DNA of 19,016 nucleotides from a virus (Duplodnaviria; Heunggongvirae; Uroviricota; Caudoviricetes), in IMG/VR virus record IMGVR_UViG_2636416161_000001, positions 1 to 19,016 of that record. One strand, given 5' to 3'. Below, piece by piece: positions 16,325 to 19,016 of the stretch. Positions within the stretch are counted from its first letter, which is position 1, and each line of letters opens with the position of its first letter. Under the pieces are notes generated by a model that did no database searches, was not told the DNA's origin, and saw nothing but the letters and a program-made list of their open reading frames with translations. The position numbers and the translations under genes are program-made.

Positions 16325-18091
16325 ATGAACACCACACTGACACCCGCAGATCTCGATCCCCGTCGGCAGGCCATGCTGCTGTACTTTCAGGGATACCGCG
16401 TAGCCCGCATTGCTGAAATGCTGGGCGAGAAAGTTGCAACCGTTCACAGCTGGAAAAAACGCGACAAGTGGGGTGACTATGGGCCGCTGGATCAGATGCA
16501 GCTCACCACCGCCGCACGCTACTGCCAGCTCATTATGAAGGAGCACAAAGAAGGGAAAGATTTCAAAGAGATTGACCTGCTGGCGCGCCAGTCGGAGCGC
16601 CACGCGCGGATCGGCAAGTTTAACAATGGCGGCAACGAAGCCGACTTAAACCCTAACGTCGCCAACCGCAACAAAGGCCCGCGCCGTCAGCCGGAAAAGA
16701 ATGTTTTCACCGATGAGCAGATTGAGAAGCTGGAAGAAATCTTCCATTCCTCCATGTTCAACTACCAGCGCCACTGGTGGGAAGCCGGAAAAGCCAACCG
16801 CATCCGCAACCTGCTGAAGTCACGCCAGATCGGCGCGACCTTTTACTTTGCCCGTGAAGCCCTGATTGACGCCCTGCTTACCGGACGTAACCAGATTTTC
16901 CTTTCCGCCAGCAAGGCACAGGCCCACGTCTTTAAGCAGTACATCATCGACTTCGCCAAAGAAGTGGAGGTGGAGTTGAAAGGCGATCCGATGGTGCTTC
17001 CTAACGGGGCCACGCTTTACTTCCTCGGCACCAATGCCCGCACTGCCCAGAGTTATCACGGCAACCTGTATCTGGATGAATATTTCTGGATACCGAAATT
17101 CCAGGAGCTGCGCAAAGTGGCTTCCGGTATGGCTATTCACAAAAAATGGCGACAAACCTATTTTTCCACGCCATCCAGCCTGACTCACAGTGCTTATCCG
17201 TTCTGGTCCGGTGCGCTGTTCAATCGTGGGCGCAACAAAGCCGATAAGGTGGACATCGACCTGTCCCACAGCAATCTGGCCCCCGGCCTGCTGTGCGCAG
17301 ACGGGCAGTACCGCCAGATAGTCACTGTGGAAGATGCGGTGCGCGGCGGCTGTAACCTGTTCGACCTCGACCAGTTGCGCATGGAGTACAGCCCGGACGA
17401 ATACCAGAACCTACTGATGTGCGAGTTTGTGGACGATCTCGCGTCCGTGTTTCCGCTCAGCGAGCTGCAGGCGTGCATGGTGGACAGTTGGGAAGTCTGG
17501 ACCGACTTTCATGCTCTGGCCCTGCGCCCGTTTGGCTGGCGCGAAGTGTGGATCGGTTATGACCCGGCAAAAGGTACGCAGAACGGCGACAGCGCCGGAT
17601 GCGTGGTGGTGGCACCGCCAGCCGTGCCGGGCGGTAAGTTTCGCATTCTTGAGCGTCACCAGTGGCGCGGGATGGACTTCCGCGCCCAGGCTGACGCAAT
17701 CAAAAAACTGACCGAGCAGTACAACGTGACCTACATCGGCATCGACTCAACCGGCGTTGGTCACGGGGTTTACGAGAACGTGAAAGCGTTCTTTCCTGCC
17801 GTCCGGGAGTTTGTCTACAACCCCAACGTTAAAAACGCCCTGGTACTCAAGGCCTACGACATTATCAGCCACCGCCGTCTGGAGTTTGACGCCGGACATA
17901 CCGACATTGCGCAGTCATTTATGGCAATCCGTCGCGCCACCACCGCCAGTGGCAACCGCCCGACCTATGAAGCCAGCCGCAGCGAAGAAGCCAGCCACGC
18001 CGATCTGGCATGGGCAACGATGCACGCACTGTTTAACGAACCGCTGCAGGGCGAATCCGCCAATACCAGCAATATTGTGGAGATTTTTTGA
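16325..18091 (+). CDS. P: Terminase large (ATPase) subunit gpP
   Basis: 588 aa ORF MNTTLTPADLDPRRQAMLLYFQGYRVARIAEMLGEKVATVHSWKKRDKW... recognised as P2 gpP-like; stop overlaps the Q start (ATGA). Confidence 0.9.
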   Translation: MNTTLTPADLDPRRQAMLLYFQGYRVARIAEMLGEKVATVHSWKKRDKWGDYGPLDQMQLTTAARYCQLIMKEHKEGKDFKEIDLLARQSERHARIGKFNNGGNEADLNPNVANRNKGPRRQPEKNVFTDEQIEKLEEIFHSSMFNYQRHWWEAGKANRIRNLLKSRQIGATFYFAREALIDALLTGRNQIFLSASKAQAHVFKQYIIDFAKEVEVELKGDPMVLPNGATLYFLGTNARTAQSYHGNLYLDEYFWIPKFQELRKVASGMAIHKKWRQTYFSTPSSLTHSAYPFWSGALFNRGRNKADKVDIDLSHSNLAPGLLCADGQYRQIVTVEDAVRGGCNLFDLDQLRMEYSPDEYQNLLMCEFVDDLASVFPLSELQACMVDSWEVWTDFHALALRPFGWREVWIGYDPAKGTQNGDSAGCVVVAPPAVPGGKFRILERHQWRGMDFRAQADAIKKLTEQYNVTYIGIDSTGVGHGVYENVKAFFPAVREFVYNPNVKNALVLKAYDIISHRRLEFDAGHTDIAQSFMAIRRATTASGNRPTYEASRSEEASHADLAWATMHALFNEPLQGESANTSNIVEIF

Positions 18092-19016
18092 TGGGAAAGA
18101 GTAAGAAGAACCGAGCTGCGGCGACGAAACAGATCCAGCTTAAAAGTCAAACTACAGCCGAAGCATTCAGCTTCGGCGATCCCGTTCCTGTTCTGGACCG
18201 CCGTGAACTGCTGGACTATGTGGAATGCGTACAGATGGACCGTTGGTATGAGCCGCCCGTCAGCTTTGACGGACTGGCGCGCACCTTCCGCGCCGCCGTG
18301 CATCACAGTTCCCCGATTGCAGTAAAGTGCAACATTCTGACCAGTACCTATATCCCTCATCCGCTGCTCAGCCAGCAGGCTTTTTCGCGTTTTGTGCAGG
18401 ACTATCTGGTATTTGGTAACGCCTACCTGGAGAAACGCACGAACCGATTCGGTGAAGTTATCGCCCTTGAGCCAGCCCTGGCAAAATACACCCGACGTGG
18501 ATTAGACCTGGATACCTACTGGTTTGTGCAATACGGCATGACAACGCAACCGTATCAGTTCACGAAAGGCAGCATTTTTCACCTGATGGAACCGGATATC
18601 AACCAGGAGATCTACGGCCTGCCCGGTTATCTTTCTGCCATTCCGTCAGCCCTGCTCAACGAGTCCGCCACGCTGTTCCGTCGAAAGTATTACATTAACG
18701 GCAGTCATGCAGGCTTCATCATGTACATGACCGACGCCGCGCAGAACCAGGAGGATGTAAACAACCTCCGTAACGCGATGAAAAGCGCCAAAGGACCAGG
18801 TAACTTCCGCAATCTGTTTATGTACTCGCCTAACGGCAAAAAGGACGGACTTCAGATCATCCCATTGTCAGAAGTCGCGGCGAAGGATGAGTTTCTGAAT
18901 ATCAAAAATGTCAGCCGCGATGACATGATGGCAGCGCACCGTGTGCCACCGCAAATGATGGGGATTATGCCGAATAATGTTGGGGGGTTTGGGGATGTGG
19001 AGAAGGCAAGCCGTGT
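18091..19016 (+). CDS. Q: Portal (capsid vertex) protein gpQ, 3' end outside the window
   Basis: ATG at 18091, then an open frame to the window end (MGKSKKNRAAATKQIQLKSQTTAEAFSFGDPVPVLDRRELLDYVE...); position after P matches the P2 P-Q operon. Confidence 0.85.
   Translation, partial: MGKSKKNRAAATKQIQLKSQTTAEAFSFGDPVPVLDRRELLDYVECVQMDRWYEPPVSFDGLARTFRAAVHHSSPIAVKCNILTSTYIPHPLLSQQAFSRFVQDYLVFGNAYLEKRTNRFGEVIALEPALAKYTRRGLDLDTYWFVQYGMTTQPYQFTKGSIFHLMEPDINQEIYGLPGYLSAIPSALLNESATLFRRKYYINGSHAGFIMYMTDAAQNQEDVNNLRNAMKSAKGPGNFRNLFMYSPNGKKDGLQIIPLSEVAAKDEFLNIKNVSRDDMMAAHRVPPQMMGIMPNNVGGFGDVEKASR

Larger units (their letters stand above)
1..19016. mobile_element. P2-like (Peduovirus-type) phage/prophage late region, partial at both ends
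   Basis: Gene order T-E/E'-FII-FI ... H-I-J-W-V-S-R-lysis-X-L-M-N-O on one strand with divergent P-Q, recognised from the ORF translations. Genes are tightly packed with ATGA-type start/stop overlaps. TGT-N12-ACA late-promoter dyads are present. Confidence 0.9.

Noticed and set aside
16319-16336. A second TGT-N12-ACA (tgt gccatgaacacc aca)
   Set aside because: It overlaps the P start codon and coding sequence, so it cannot sit at a promoter-activator position for P or O; probably chance.
1-19016. tRNA, rRNA, CRISPR arrays, integrase, attachment sites, cos site
   Set aside because: No cloverleaf-like or repeat-spacer structure was seen. The window covers only the late region; int/att and cos are expected outside it, beyond Q and beyond T.

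Overview
The whole 19 kb window is the late (virion structure, packaging and lysis) region of a P2-like (Peduovirus-type) temperate phage or prophage, cut at both ends. It is read here in the reverse of the usual P2 map orientation. Calls rest on reading the ORF-track translations against remembered P2 protein families and on motifs located by hand in the sequence; no searches were run. Minus strand, left to right: tape measure T (3' end cut by the window), tail chaperone E with a -1 frameshift extension E', tail tube FII, tail sheath FI, a Hin/Gin-family serine DNA invertase, a roughly 1.56 kb invertible tail-fibre segment, tail fibre H, baseplate I, J (interrupted by an in-frame TAA), W, V, tail completion S and R, a lysis cassette (Rz1-like, Rz-like, LysA-like membrane protein, SAR endolysin, small holin), then X, L, terminase small subunit M, major capsid N and scaffold O. 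Plus strand, divergent: terminase large subunit P and portal Q (3' end cut). Three TGT-N12-ACA dyads of the P2 late-promoter (Ogr/Delta activator) type sit in the expected intergenic positions. I found no tRNA, rRNA, CRISPR array, integrase or attachment site, and no cargo or defence genes. The junction between the tail-fibre genes and FI, a known cargo hotspot in P2-like phages, holds only the invertase. I do not see a novel system here: the items most worth a second look are the invertible host-range switch with its hand-mapped crossover sites, the nonsense codon in J, and the spacing of the late-promoter dyads. Large plus-strand ORFs between 1 and 16 kb are antisense to tightly packed phage genes and are treated as spurious.
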